NCBI GenBank assembly: GCA_042217665.1 | Contig: JBDGSH010000075.1 | Span: forward strand, 1 to 38,987 | Source: Candidatus Nanohaloarchaea archaeon | GTDB lineage: Archaea; Nanohalarchaeota; Nanosalinia; Nanosalinales; Nanosalinaceae | Direction: 5' to 3' | DNA length: 38,987 nucleotides | Part shown: in pieces, positions 38,962-38,987 of the stretch | How the letters are laid out: the number at the start of each line of letters is the position of its first letter | Numbering within the stretch: position 1 is the first letter of the stretch | Notes under the pieces: model-generated | The model's database searches: none | What the model was told of the DNA's origin: nothing | The model's input: the letters and a program-made list of their open reading frames with translations, nothing else | Translations under genes and position numbers: made by a program

Positions 38962-38987
38962 CTTATTCTGATCGGAAAAATTCTTTC

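Noticed and set aside
1-38987. tRNA, rRNA, CRISPR arrays, transposases and integrases.
   Set aside because: The intergenic spaces are short, the longest being ~200 nt at 10705-10910 and ~94 nt at 37036-37129. They show no cloverleaf-like or repeat-spacer structure, and no ORF shows recombinase or transposase motifs.

Overview
The window looks archaeal and very tightly packed, with about 23 genes and three convergent gene pairs whose 3' ends overlap. Supporting evidence: an archaeal-type A24 prepilin/preflagellin peptidase, a MinD-like ATPase, and TTTAWA-type TATA boxes about 26-30 nt upstream of first-gene start codons, which implies leaderless mRNAs. Many cytosolic proteins are strongly acidic, so a small-genome (DPANN-like), possibly halophilic lineage is plausible, but that is inference only. 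No rRNA, tRNA, CRISPR array, transposase or integrase was seen. The main feature is a ~31-kb cell-surface island (5.7-37.0 kb) made of three back-to-back operons. (1) A 4-gene minus-strand operon (10704->5682) encodes signal-peptide beta-sandwich proteins; its last protein has a cytoplasmic RGG-rich tail ending in a textbook C2H2 zinc finger. (2) A plus-strand block (10911->17840) holds two paralogous secreted proteins, then MoxR AAA+ / DUF58 / VWA(MIDAS), an acidic protein with an internal duplication, and an HExxH membrane protein. (3) A ~19-kb minus-strand operon (37035->17837) encodes two tandem, translationally coupled giant secreted proteins (2413 and 2861 aa) and two membrane-anchored proteins (286 and 838 aa). 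The giants are mosaics of two LamG modules, DUF2341-like modules, a clear CBM3-like carbohydrate-binding module, tandem Ig-like repeat arrays, an unrecognised module duplicated within the 2413-aa protein, and a shared four-Cys C-terminal module. They are packed with N-X-S/T sequons. Flanking genes include a PEP-utilising-enzyme-like protein that lacks the phospho-histidine and carries a C-terminal winged helix, and a membrane-anchored wHTH regulator. All domain calls come from reading motifs by eye and need HMM or structure confirmation.
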